Shown here: positions 38,194-51,648 of the stretch, one piece after another | Layout: every line of letters starts with the position of its first letter | How positions within the stretch are numbered: position 1 is the stretch's first letter | Assembly (NCBI GenBank): GCA_963789955.1 | Contig: CAWBMV010000015.1 | Span: 1 to 64,000, forward strand | Source of the DNA: an uncultured Candidatus Rokubacteria bacterium | GTDB taxonomy: Bacteria; Methylomirabilota; Methylomirabilia; Rokubacteriales; CSP1-6 | Reading direction: 5' to 3' | DNA: 64,000 bases | Made by a program: the position numbers and the translations under genes | The notes under the pieces: generated by a model | Told to the model about the DNA's origin: nothing | Database searches by the model: none | The model's input: only the letters and a program-made list of their open reading frames with translations

Positions 38194-39363
38194 TCAGGAC
38201 CTGCCTAGCCGCGCAGGCGCGGCGAGTGGTGCAGAGGCGGCGCTGGGCCACGCGGCCGCGTCGGCGCGACGTGCGGCGAGCGTCGCCTTCAGATTCAGCA
38301 CGGGCTGTTCGATGTAGCGGAAGGACGCCGCCGCCAATGCAAACGTCACGAGCCACGCGAGCAGCACCGCCATCGGATGGGCCTCGGGTTTCCACAACGG
38401 ACCGGCCACGTAGAACACCGGGTAGTGCCAGAGGTAGAGCGCATAGGAGCGCCGGCCGAGCCACGTGAGCGGCGCCCAGCCCAGCAGATCGCCGCACGGC
38501 GACGACGGCAACAGCGCCGCAACGATGACGACGGCGGACGCCACGGCAGCCCAGGTGCTGACGCTCGCGAGCACGTAGTCCACCGGGAAGTGCGCGCGCA
38601 CGATGAGGCCGAGCAGCGCGAGGCCCGCCAGCACGCCGAGCACGTTCCACACGACGACGGCGCGGCGCGTGCGGCGAAAGAGCTGCGAGGCGCAGAAGAT
38701 CCCGAGCGCGCAACCGACGAGCACCGGGTCGGCGTGGGCGTCGAGTCCGACGTAGATCCGCGCCATCCCCGTCGGCGTGCTCATGATCGTGAACCGATAG
38801 GCCACTGCGAGTCCCACGGCGGCCACCACGATGAGCAAGAGCGCCCAGCGGCGGCGGACCATGCGACCCAGGAGCAGCAGGACCGGGGGCCAGATCGCGT
38901 AGAACTGCTCCTCGACCGCCAGCGACCAGGCGTGACCGAGCAATCCCTGGGGTAGTCCATAGACGATCGCCCAGTTCGCCGTGCAGAAGATGACGGACAA
39001 TACGAACCCCACCGTTCCGAGACTCGGATCCCACACGATCATCGCGCCGCCGGCGATCACCACCAGCGGTGCGAGCGCCGGCAGCAGACGCAGGGCTCGT
39101 CGCACGTAGAACGCGCGGAAGGACACGTGACCGGTCGATGCGAGCTCATCGAGCAGCAAGCTCGTGATGAGAAAGCCACTGAGCACGAAGAACATGTCGA
39201 CGCCGAGGAAGCCGCCGGTCAGAATGCCCGTGTTATAGAGCATGACCGCCAGGATGGAAACGCCGCGAAAGCCGTCGAGGGCCGGCCGGTAGCCTAGCCG
39301 GAAGCTCCGGCGTTCTGACAAGATCGGGCCAGAAGCGCATGACTGACTGGCGTATTCCGCCAC
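38194..39363 (-). CDS. Acyltransferase-3 (OafA/YrhL-like) membrane O-acyltransferase
   Basis: ALDGFRG, GFLGVDMFFVLSGFLIT, RRALRLLP, HAWSLAVEEQFY, SYALYLWH, FRYIEQP. Confidence 0.9.
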   Translation of the reverse strand: MAEYASQSCASGPILSERRSFRLGYRPALDGFRGVSILAVMLYNTGILTGGFLGVDMFFVLSGFLITSLLLDELASTGHVSFRAFYVRRALRLLPALAPLVVIAGGAMIVWDPSLGTVGFVLSVIFCTANWAIVYGLPQGLLGHAWSLAVEEQFYAIWPPVLLLLGRMVRRRWALLLIVVAAVGLAVAYRFTIMSTPTGMARIYVGLDAHADPVLVGCALGIFCASQLFRRTRRAVVVWNVLGVLAGLALLGLIVRAHFPVDYVLASVSTWAAVASAVVIVAALLPSSPCGDLLGWAPLTWLGRRSYALYLWHYPVFYVAGPLWKPEAHPMAVLLAWLVTFALAAASFRYIEQPVLNLKATLAARRADAAAWPSAASAPLAAPARLGRS

Positions 39364-39467
39364 TTCGCCCCTCCGTCTACTAGACGGAGGCAAACCCTGG
39401 GCCAGCATCCACGGCGCCGCCGGCCGTCTACCCCTACGGCGTACGAGCGTGAAACGCGCGCGCGGCG

Positions 39468-39533
39468 GTCGACGTCGACCAGATGGCCCTTCCACTTGCG
39501 GATCTTGCCCGCGACGATCACGGTCTCGACGTT
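39468..39533 (-). pseudogene. C-terminal remnant of an amidohydrolase (SsnA/MtaD-like) gene
   Basis: NVETVIVAGKIRKWKGHLVDVD matches the typical C-terminal beta-strands of these enzymes; rest of the gene absent. Confidence 0.5.
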
Positions 39534-39634
39534 GGTGCGCAGGCGCTCATAGCGCTGTTTCGGATTCGGATCCCCGGCTGTGATGACGAGCGGCCCGACG
39601 TTCACACGTCGGGCCGCTCCCGACACCTCGGGTA

Positions 39635-40886
39635 CTACGACAGCTTCGGCCAGACCGCCTTGGCGACGGCGATGCTTTCGGGATGCACGGCGACCGGGCG
39701 GCCCTTCTGCCACTGCACGATGCAGAGCTCGGCGCCGACGCGGCGGCCGTTGTCGTCGTACTTCACGCGGCCGTCGGGGAAGAGCTTCGCCGGCCCGTCC
39801 TTGAGGTCGATCTTGTGCATCATCTCGCCCAGCTTCTTGCGATCGGTGGACGCCGTCCGCTCCAGCGCCTCCTTGAAGATCATCACGTGCGCGTACGGGA
39901 AGATCGAGTCGTGGCCGAACCAGGGCTCGTTGGTCTTGGCCATGAAGCGCTTCTCGAGATCGCCGATATCCTTGCCCGGCCAGTTGGCCAGCCCCACGAT
40001 CATGCCCTCCAGATGCTCCTTGCCGGCGATCTTCATCAGCTCCGGCACCGTCCAGTGACCGCCGCCGCCGACCAGCGGCACCGTGCTGGCGGTGATGCCG
40101 CGCTCCGCGAACTTGTCGAGCAGGAGCTTGTCGTCGCCGACGTTCGTCGACTGGCACACGATGAAGTCCGGACGGCCGGAGCGGATCTTCTGCACCAGGG
40201 TTGTCGCGTCGGCGAGCGGCGGCGTGTAGACTTCGTCGGCCACGATCGTCAGGCCCAGGTCCTTCGCCACGTGATCGCGAATCGGCTTCATGAAGCTGAC
40301 CGCGGCGGCCGAGTTGTCGCCGACGAACGCCACCTTCGTCGGGCGCCCGCTCCCGGCCTTGGCCGCCAGGTCGACGACGCGCGGCAGCAGCGCGCTGGCC
40401 TGCGCGTCTCGCGGTCGGCGCCGACTGGAAGATGTACTTGAAGCCGCGTCCGGTGATCAGGTCGGAGTAGGAGAGCGTGAGCCACGGCAGCTCCGCGCGC
40501 TCGGTCACCTCGGTCACCGCGAGCGTGAAGCTCGACAGCCAGCAGCCGATGCCGCCGACCACGTCGGGCTCTTGCGCCACCAGCCGCTGCGCGGCGTTCT
40601 TGGCCTTCTCCGCGCTGTCCCCGGTGTCGTAGAGGACCAGCTTCAGCTTGGCCCCACCGAGGGCTTTGACGCCGCCGCTCTTGTTCACGTCCTCGATCGC
40701 CAGCTCGGCGCCCATCTGCTCCAGGATGCCCTGGCGCGCCCACGGACCGGACAGCGGGACGACCAGCGCGATCTTCACCTCTTTCGGGTTCTGCGCGCGC
40801 GCGCGACGTGGCGCGAGCGCCGTGGCGGCACCGGCGAGTCCAATCTTGATCGCGGTCCGACGTCCAAACGGCGTCAGCGTGCTCAT
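39635..40886 (-). CDS. Liv-type (branched-chain amino acid family) ABC substrate-binding protein with Tat signal; one frameshift ~40410
   Basis: GRRTAIK twin-Arg; VKIALVVPLSGPWA, GGVKALGGAKLKL, YIFQ, IVQWQKG. Confidence 0.9.
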
Positions 40887-40928
40887 GCCTATCATCTCCC
40901 GTGTGGTTGCGATTCCATGGTGGTCGCT

Positions 40929-41645
<717 letters not shown>

Positions 41646-41660
41646 GCGGCGCGTCCGGCG

Positions 41661-43433
41661 CTACGCATTCTGGCGAGCCAGCCATTTCTTGCCGAGGTAG
41701 GCCTCGATCACCGAGGTGTCCTCGACGACGGCGCGCGGCAGCCCCGTCGCCAGCACGCGGCCGTGGTCCAGCACCACGAACCGGTCGGCGAGCCGCATCA
41801 TCGCGTGCATTGTATGCTCGATGATGCAGATCGTCACACCCTGCTCGCGCAACCCGGCCAGCACGGTCAGGACGCTGTCGCATTCTTCTCGACCCAGCCC
41901 GGCCAAGGTTTCGTCCAGCAACAGCAATCGCGGATTGCCGGCCAGCGCGCGGGCGAGCTCCATCAAGCGAAGCTGCTTGTTCGTGAGCTGTCCCGCCGCC
42001 AGACCCGACTGATCCTGGAGCCCGACCTGATGCAGCGCCCGCACCGCCGAGGCGATGGCGTCGCGATCCGAGAGACCGGAGCCGTAGGCTCCGACGATCA
42101 CGTTGTCGAGCACCGGCAGGCGGGTGAAGCTGCGCACCACCTGAAACGTGCGCCCGACGCCCATCCGGCACACCTCGAACGTCTTGCGGCCGAGCATCTG
42201 CTGGCCGGCAAGCTGCGCCGAGCCTTCGTCGGCCGAGAGCACGCCGTTCAGCACGTTGAACAGGGTCGTCTTGCCCGCGCCGTTCGGCCCGATGATGCCG
42301 AGGATCTCGCCCGCGGTGACCGAGAAGCTCACTTCGCTGACCGCTTTCAGGCCGCCGAAAGCTCGTGAGACATGCTCGACGACGAGCAGCGGCACACCCA
42401 CGCGGGCCGATACGCGGCGCGGCGCGGACGCCGTCGCGGTCGGCATCAGATCGGGAATCGGTGCCGCGGCTTTCGGGCGGAACCAGCGGTCGCGGACGGT
42501 CCAGAACAGCCCGTCGGGCGACAGCAGCATGACGGCGATGATGGCGGTGCCGTACACGACGCCCTGGATGCCGGGCAGATAGGTCCCGAGCTCGGCTTGC
42601 AACGTTTCGGCGAGAGGCACCAGGATCGCGGCGCCGATCAGCGGCCCCCACACCGACGCCACGCCGCCGAACAAGGTGACCACCACCGCCTGCGCCGAGA
42701 CGAGCATGCCGAACACGGAATCCGGCGTGATGACCAGCAGGACGCGCGCGTAGAAGCCGCCGACGACCGCCGCGATCATGCCCGACACGACCAGCGAGCG
42801 CATCTTCCACAGCCGCGCATTGATGCCCGCCGCCTCGGCGGCGAGCTCGTTCTGTCTGATCGCCAGCAGGGCCAGGCCGAAGCGCGAGTTCTCGATGATC
42901 AGCGAGACGACCACGCCGCCGATCAGCAGGCATACCGCGATCAAGGTGTAGATGCGCGGCTCGCTGAACTCCATGAACGCCGCCGGATTTTCCCGGTGCA
43001 TCGGGATCGACACTTCCTGAAAGCCGAGATACTGCAGCACGTAGAGGATGGCGAGCGGGTAGGCCAGCATCGACAGCGCGAAGTAGTGCCCGCGCAAGCG
43101 GAACGTGGGCAGGCCGATCGCGATCGCGGCCAGTCCGCCGAGGATCATGCCGAGCACGATGCCGAGCCAGGGCGAGAGGCTCCAGTAGACGACGGCCAAG
43201 GTGACCGTGTACGCGCCGATGCCGAAGAACGACGCGTGGCCGAACGACAGCTGGCCGCCGTAGCCGGACAGGATGTTCCACGAGACGCCGAACAGCGCCC
43301 ACACCGGGACGAGCGTGAGGATCAGCTGGTAGTAGCTGTTCTTGACGAAGAGTGTGAGCACCAGGTACGCGACGGACAGCACGGCCAATGTCGTCAAGCC
43401 GCGCTTGAGCTGTGGCCCGGTCCCGTACCTCAT
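41661..43433 (-). CDS. Fused Liv-type permease (LivM) and ATPase (LivG)
   Basis: GYGGQLSFGHASFFGIGAY, RLRGHYFA; then FGGLKAV, GPNGAGKTT, RTFQ, VIEAYLG. Confidence 0.92.
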   Translation of the reverse strand: MRYGTGPQLKRGLTTLAVLSVAYLVLTLFVKNSYYQLILTLVPVWALFGVSWNILSGYGGQLSFGHASFFGIGAYTVTLAVVYWSLSPWLGIVLGMILGGLAAIAIGLPTFRLRGHYFALSMLAYPLAILYVLQYLGFQEVSIPMHRENPAAFMEFSEPRIYTLIAVCLLIGGVVVSLIIENSRFGLALLAIRQNELAAEAAGINARLWKMRSLVVSGMIAAVVGGFYARVLLVITPDSVFGMLVSAQAVVVTLFGGVASVWGPLIGAAILVPLAETLQAELGTYLPGIQGVVYGTAIIAVMLLSPDGLFWTVRDRWFRPKAAAPIPDLMPTATASAPRRVSARVGVPLLVVEHVSRAFGGLKAVSEVSFSVTAGEILGIIGPNGAGKTTLFNVLNGVLSADEGSAQLAGQQMLGRKTFEVCRMGVGRTFQVVRSFTRLPVLDNVIVGAYGSGLSDRDAIASAVRALHQVGLQDQSGLAAGQLTNKQLRLMELARALAGNPRLLLLDETLAGLGREECDSVLTVLAGLREQGVTICIIEHTMHAMMRLADRFVVLDHGRVLATGLPRAVVEDTSVIEAYLGKKWLARQNA

Positions 43434-44386
43434 GCGCGTTCCGCCGAACGCCCGAAGAGCCCTTGCGGCCGCAGCAGCACGATCATCAGGAACACGACGA
43501 AGATCGCCGCGTTCTGCAGCTGCGGCGGCAGGATCAGCGCCGAGAACTGCTGCACGAACCCCACGGTCAATCCGCCCCAGAACGCGCCGAGGATGCTCCC
43601 CATGCCGCCGAGCACGACACCGGAGTACATGATGATGACGTAGTCGAATCCGACGAACGGACCGAAGGAGATATACGTCGCCATCAGCCCGCCGGCGACG
43701 GCGGTGATGCCGGCGCCGAGGCCGAAGGCGATGCGGTACGCGCGGTCGACCTCGATGCCCATGTAGGTGGCGGCCGTGGGATTGTCGGCGGAGGCCCGCA
43801 GCGCTTTGCCCAGGCGCGTGTACTCGAGCGTCAGGTACAGCACGATCGCGACCAGGATCGCGACGCAGAACGCGATCAGCTTCGCCTTGTTCAGAAATAC
43901 GGTCGCGCCGCCGTAGACCGGACCGATCAGAAACGCCTCGGCGGACAGCGGCGTGCGGACGGCGACGGGCGTGGAGCCGAATACGATCTGGCCGCCGTTC
44001 TGCAGAATCAGCGAGATGCCGAGGGTGACGACCAGCTGACCGAAGTGGCCCTCATCCAACGTGCCCGCCGTCCGCAGGCCGGATACCCGGGAGATCAGGA
44101 ATTTGTGCAGGAGCGCGCCGCCGACGAAGACCAGAGGTGCGGCGCAGAGCGCGCCGACGAACGGTCCCCAGTAGGGGCCGAGGAAGGACAGCACCTTGCC
44201 GCCGCTGACCAGATAGAAGCTGGCGAACATGCCCAGCATGAGGAGTTCGCCCTGGGCGAAGTTCACGATCCGCATGATGCCGAAGATGAGTCCGAGGCCG
44301 ATGCACATGAGGCCGTAGATGCAACCGATCGTGATGCCCGCGGTGACCGCGTTCAGCACGTTCTCGATCAGGATTTCCAGATCCAC
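43430..44386 (-). CDS. livH: Liv-type ABC permease (LivH-like)
   Basis: GLGLIFGIMRIVNFAQG, RLGKALRA, VLGGMGSI, RPQGLFG. Confidence 0.9.
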   Translation of the reverse strand: MDLEILIENVLNAVTAGITIGCIYGLMCIGLGLIFGIMRIVNFAQGELLMLGMFASFYLVSGGKVLSFLGPYWGPFVGALCAAPLVFVGGALLHKFLISRVSGLRTAGTLDEGHFGQLVVTLGISLILQNGGQIVFGSTPVAVRTPLSAEAFLIGPVYGGATVFLNKAKLIAFCVAILVAIVLYLTLEYTRLGKALRASADNPTAATYMGIEVDRAYRIAFGLGAGITAVAGGLMATYISFGPFVGFDYVIIMYSGVVLGGMGSILGAFWGGLTVGFVQQFSALILPPQLQNAAIFVVFLMIVLLRPQGLFGRSAERA

Positions 44387-44514
44387 CGAGCTTGCGCTGT
44401 CCTCCCGTCAGGCGATCCGGGAGAGGTGGCGCCTTTGGCAGGGGTCCTTCGTTACTTCCGGCCGCGGCGAACAGCCCGATGGCAGGGCTCGCTCCCGAAC
44501 GCAACGACGCGACT

Positions 44515-44964
44515 TTAGCACGTGTCGGCGCGAGTTTTCGTCAGAATCCTTCGCAGAACGCGATGATTCACGTATGCGAGCACCTGGACGGCCAGGGCCA
44601 ACGGCACCAGCACGGTAACGCCCCACCACATTCCGAGTATCGACTGCAGTCCTACGGCCCAACGAGTCTGGTTCGAGTCGAAGTCGTCGATCAGGTGCCG
44701 GAAAACGAAGATGGCGAGGCCATAGATCAAGATCGCCGCATAGACGCTGAGCGGCGAGTACCAGTAGAGCGCTCTGGCCGAGGCACGGCGATACGTCGGA
44801 ATCGAGATGGCGGTGATCATGATGCCGGTGACGATCGCCGCGAGCAGTCCCGTCGCGGCAGATTTTCCCCAGATCCCGAAGGCCTGAGCACCGAGCGCCC
44901 AGGAGACACCCCACCAGAGAACCCCGAAGCAGGCGCCGGCAAGCAGCCCCACGGCGCCGTTCAT
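44515..44964 (-). CDS. Hypothetical membrane protein (~4 TM)
   Basis: Hydrophobic ORF; ATG at 44964 overlaps the upstream stop (ATGA). Confidence 0.6.
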   Translation of the reverse strand: MNGAVGLLAGACFGVLWWGVSWALGAQAFGIWGKSAATGLLAAIVTGIMITAISIPTYRRASARALYWYSPLSVYAAILIYGLAIFVFRHLIDDFDSNQTRWAVGLQSILGMWWGVTVLVPLALAVQVLAYVNHRVLRRILTKTRADTC

Positions 44965-45323
44965 TCGTGGGGAAGAAGCAGTCGAACCAGAACCAGAGGA
45001 ACGCGCCGCAGAGTCCACACGACGAGAGACGAGATGATCAGGAGCGCGATGGACAGCCGGCGATGCGCTTCACCTCGCCAGAGCGACAGAGCCGTGCACA
45101 CCACGCCCGCGACACAGGCAAAGAAGCCTCCCACCCCGATCACGAAAGCGCCCATGAGGTAGCCCCATCCGCCGGCGGTCGATATACTTTTCCGTTCGTA
45201 AACCAGGAAGAGGGCAACAGCCGCCCCGAACAGTATCAGGGTCACGAACAGGCCGACCGCGATCCGGAAGAAAATCGGGGGACGAATCGGCGGCGCCATG
45301 GAATGCCGCGAAATCTGATTCAT
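44961..45323 (-). CDS. Hypothetical membrane protein (~3 TM)
   Basis: Hydrophobic ORF translationally coupled to the next gene. Confidence 0.55.
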   Translation of the reverse strand: MNQISRHSMAPPIRPPIFFRIAVGLFVTLILFGAAVALFLVYERKSISTAGGWGYLMGAFVIGVGGFFACVAGVVCTALSLWRGEAHRRLSIALLIISSLVVWTLRRVPLVLVRLLLPHE

Positions 45324-45449
45324 TGTTCCTAGTGTAGGCGGTCCGATCGTCGCCGCCAAAATCCCCGGCATCGGCGGTCAGCGCCGGGCGCAACGATCCC
45401 GGGGTGTGCGATATTAAGATCCTCAAGCGCTCGTACAGGAGGGATCGTC

Positions 45450-46724
45450 GTGACACCGCAAGAGAGGACCAACGGGCTCGAGAGCGACAACGGCGCGATC
45501 CCGAAGCTGAGCGGCGACATCCGGTCCCTCATCCCGAAGCTCGGTCTTCGCAACTACTGGTATCCCGCCTCGAAGGACCGTGCGGTGGGCTGGCGCAAGC
45601 CGGTGAAGGTTTCGCTGCTCGGCGAGGACGTGTGCCTCTTTCGCGGCGCGGCCGGAAACGTGGTCGCGATCCAGGACGTCTGCCCGCACCGGGGCGCGCG
45701 ACTGAGCGACGGTGACTGCCACTATCGCGGGACCGTCGCGTGCCCGTACCACGGCTGGGTGTTCGACGAGTCGGGCAAGAACACGATGGTGCTGTCCGAA
45801 GGTCCCGCCTCGGGCGTGTGCGGCAAGCCCGGCACCGAGGCGAAGATCTACCCGACGCGCACGCTCAAGGGGCTGGTGTTCGTCTGGATCGGCGACGGCG
45901 AGCCCGCGCCGATCGAGGAGGACGTGCCCGGAGGAGTTCTTCGACGACGCGCTCGTCCTGATCGGCCAGGTCGTCTGGCGGTGCAACTGGGAAGTCGCGC
46001 TCGAGAACTCGATGGACTCCCACGTCAACTACGTCCACCGCAATGCCCTCGTGGTCGCCCGCTCCGGCTTCATCGCCCGCGGCGCGCAGGGCGAGCACCC
46101 GATCTTCGTCGGCAACGGCTTCGCCGGCGACGTCGCTGAAAGCAACTACGTGCGGAAGAGCCCGAAGTACGACGTGTACTCCGACGGACGGCGGTGGCCG
46201 AAGACGAACTACCGGCGCTACTGGACGTGGCTGTTCAGGCCGCTCGCCGAGCGCGCCCGGCGTCACATCCCGGCGCCCCGCACCGCGCGGTGGGCCGGCG
46301 GGCATCGCCTGCCCGGCATGTTCCGCACCGAGTTCTCGCTGGGACCTCTACACCCGCATGTGCGTGCCGATCGAAGAGAACCTGACGCGCGTCTGGTACT
46401 ACCACTGCCTGCGGCCCAAGGGCGCGCTGCAGCGACTCTGGCAGCGGTTCCTCTACGGCGCCGTGCACCGGTGGATCATCGAGTACAACTTCTCGCGTCA
46501 GGACGAGCGCGTGATGCTCGACCAGCGCTACGACGCGCCGGAGAAGCTGTCGGGGACGGATGCCGAGGTGATCCAGTGGCGGCGGCTCGTGGTGACCAAG
46601 CACTTCGGCGGCCGCGACGCGCCCTACGAGTACCGGAACCCCGACGGCATCGCGCCGGATCGAGGTGCCGCTCGGTCGCGTGTCCGTGCGCTATCTTCAA
46701 GAACACTCGCGGGCGAAGTCCTGA
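45450..46724 (+). CDS. Rieske non-haem iron oxygenase alpha subunit (frameshifted; end approximate)
   Basis: GLRNYWYP, CPHRG...CPYHGW Rieske motif, CNWEVALENSMDSHVNYVH, NFSRQD, EKLSGTD. Confidence 0.9.
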
Positions 46725-46739
46725 CGCGCGAGCCCGGCG

Positions 46740-47543
46740 ATGAAGCTCGCGGGGAAGGTCGCGATCGTCACCGGGACCAGCCCCAATATCGGAGGCGGCA
46801 TCGCCGAGGGGCTGGCCGACGAAGGCGCCGCGGTCGTCTGCGTCGATCAAGTTGCGGAGAACGCGCAGCAGTGCGCCGAGTCGATCAAGCGCCGCGGCGG
46901 CCAGGCACTCGGCATCGCCTGTGACGTCACCGACGAAGCGCAGGTGGCGGCGATGGTCGGGCGCGCCCGCGAGAGCTTCGGCGGCGTCGACATCCTCGTC
47001 AACAACGCCGGGATCCTCGGCGGCCTCAGCGTGCTCGAGATGCCGCTCGAGCGCTGGAACCGTCAGATCGCCGTGAATCTCACCGGGACGTTCCTGTGCA
47101 CCAAGCACGTGGCCCGGCTCATGGTCGAGCTGGGGCGCCCGGGCAGCATCATCGTGATCGTGTCGACCGCCGGCCATCAGGGCCAGGCCGGCAACATCGG
47201 CTACTGCACGAGCAAGAGCGGCCTGCTCAACTTCACCCGCGCCGCCGCCATGGATCTCGCGAAGCACCGGATCCGCGTGAACAGCCTCACCCCGACCGCG
47301 ACCGACCGCGAGGAAGCCGGCGAGCGTGCCGTCGCGTGGGGCCGGCCCCGACCCGAGCGGCGCGAGGGCGCGATGCTCGACTTCCAGAAGATGGTGCCCG
47401 CGGGCCGGCTTCCGAGCCCGCGCCACTACGGGCGCGCCGCCGTGTTCCTGGCCTCGGACGACGCGGAGATGATCACGGGCTTCGACCTCCGCGTCGACGG
47501 CGGCGCGATCGCGAAGTACTGGCCGTGGATTCCGAACGCCTGA
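46740..47543 (+). CDS. Short-chain dehydrogenase/reductase
   Basis: TGTSPNIGGG, NNAG, YCTSK, VDGG. Confidence 0.92.
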   Translation: MKLAGKVAIVTGTSPNIGGGIAEGLADEGAAVVCVDQVAENAQQCAESIKRRGGQALGIACDVTDEAQVAAMVGRARESFGGVDILVNNAGILGGLSVLEMPLERWNRQIAVNLTGTFLCTKHVARLMVELGRPGSIIVIVSTAGHQGQAGNIGYCTSKSGLLNFTRAAAMDLAKHRIRVNSLTPTATDREEAGERAVAWGRPRPERREGAMLDFQKMVPAGRLPSPRHYGRAAVFLASDDAEMITGFDLRVDGGAIAKYWPWIPNA

Positions 47544-47552
47544 GGGCGCGGA

Positions 47553-49888
<2,336 letters not shown>

Positions 49889-49899
49889 ACTCATTCGCC

Positions 49900-50596
49900 A
49901 TGACGCGCCGTCCGGCCGTTCGCGCCGTCGTCTTCGACGCGGGCCACACCTTGCTCGAGATGGACTACGCGCGGCTCACCGCGTTTCTTGTGTCGCGAGG
50001 CCACGATCTTCGCGAGACGGCGGTGACCGAGGCCGAGCGGCGTGCACGCACGCGTCTGGATACCGAGCGCGCGGCGCAGGCCACGCGCGAGCGTACGGGC
50101 GAGGGGCGCTACGTCCGGTACCTGGCGGAGTATCTGGCGATCGCGGACGACGCAGAGCGCGTGGCGATCGCGGAGTGGCGGCGCGGCTTCAACGTGCCGA
50201 TCGGGCTCTGCCACCAGGCCGACGGCCAGGCGGCGAAGGCGCTCCAGCGCGCGCGCGACGCGGGGCTGATCGTCGGAGTCATCTCGAACTCCAACGGCTC
50301 GGTGCAGCGAGCGCTCGAGATCGCCGGGCTCGCCCCGCACCTCGCGTTCGTCATCGACTCCAGGGTGGTCGGCATCTCGAAGCCCGATCCGCGCATCTTC
50401 GCGCTCGGCCTTGCAGGCGGCCGGCACCGCGCCGGAGGAGACCGTCTACGTGGGCGACTCCTACTTCGTCGACGTCGTCGGTGCCCGGCAGGCGGGACTC
50501 GGAGCGGTGCTGTTCGATCCGGGGCGCACGTGGGGAGCGCGCGATTGCTCGATCGCCACCGATCTGTGCGCGGCGGTCGACCACGCCCTGAGCTAG
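49900..50596 (+). CDS. HAD-superfamily hydrolase (one frameshift ~50415)
   Basis: FDAGHTL, VISN, SKPDPRIF, YVGDSYFVDVVGA. Confidence 0.88.
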
Positions 50597-50658
50597 CCGC
50601 CGGCTTTGCCTGGCGATTCCCGGCCGCGTAGACTATCGCCCGCGATGAGAGCTCACCG

Positions 50659-51612
50659 ATGAGCGAGACCCGCGAGCACGCCGCGCGGCTCCTGCGCGCC
50701 TATCAGGCGCAGGAGAAGCGCTTCGTCGAGCGGCGCTTTCCGCTCCAGTTCGCTCCGGAGGTGCCGGTACTCCGCGAGCTCTACAGCCAGGCCAAGGGGC
50801 TTCACTGGAACCCGGAGACCGATATCGCGTGGGACCGCTTCGATCCCTCGCGCTACGACACGCCCACGCGCGAGGCGGCGAGCCGCACGTGGAGCCGACG
50901 GGCCTGGAGCGTGTATCCCGGACTGACCGAGAGCACCGCGCTCTTGATCCGCTTCTGCCTGGAGTCCGGCTCGCTGGGGATGGACGCGAAGCTGTTCCTC
51001 TCGTTCCGTCCGGCGGAGGAGGCCAAGCATCTCGAGGTGTGTCACATGCTGGCCGAGCGATTCGGCGGCTATCACGCCGATCCGGGCGAATCGAATCTGG
51101 CGCGCGTGAGCAATCACGCGTTCGGGCAGGCCGCCCTCGACGGCGAGGTCCCGGTCGAGGCGTACATCGCGGCGCTCGGCGCGCTCGACGATCAGCTCGA
51201 TCTGAACCTCTATGTGAGCCATCTGCAGCAGGCCAAGGACGAGACCGTGCGCGCCGCGCTCAGGCTCATCGCGGGCGACCGCGCACGTCACGTGGCGTTC
51301 GCGTGGGCGTTCCTGGGCAGTCGCGTGCCGACGCTCGACGAGCGGGGACGCGGCGCGGTCGTCGCCGCCGTGCGCGACATGCTCGCGAACGTCATCCTCG
51401 CCGGCTATCGCAACACGTGGCTGCTTCCGGAAAAGAGTCGCGAGCCCTGGCTGGGCGCCGAGTCGGAGACGGCGCGGCATGGTCTCGGCGCCTCGACTCC
51501 CGGGCAGGAGCGGGGTGTGCTCCGCGCCACGATCGCCCAGGTGCGGGAGCGGCTCGCCGTGTGGAAGCTCGACCTGCCGCGCGTCGAGCATGCCGAGCTG
51601 GGGGCCGTCTGA
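50659..51612 (+). CDS. Ferritin-like diiron-family protein with degenerate metal ligands
   Basis: AKGLHWNPETDIAW, EEAKH, GDRARH; paralogous to the next gene. Confidence 0.8.
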   Translation: MSETREHAARLLRAYQAQEKRFVERRFPLQFAPEVPVLRELYSQAKGLHWNPETDIAWDRFDPSRYDTPTREAASRTWSRRAWSVYPGLTESTALLIRFCLESGSLGMDAKLFLSFRPAEEAKHLEVCHMLAERFGGYHADPGESNLARVSNHAFGQAALDGEVPVEAYIAALGALDDQLDLNLYVSHLQQAKDETVRAALRLIAGDRARHVAFAWAFLGSRVPTLDERGRGAVVAAVRDMLANVILAGYRNTWLLPEKSREPWLGAESETARHGLGASTPGQERGVLRATIAQVRERLAVWKLDLPRVEHAELGAV

Positions 51613-51648
51613 GCTCGGGACGCTATATATAAGGATAGGGAGACCGCC

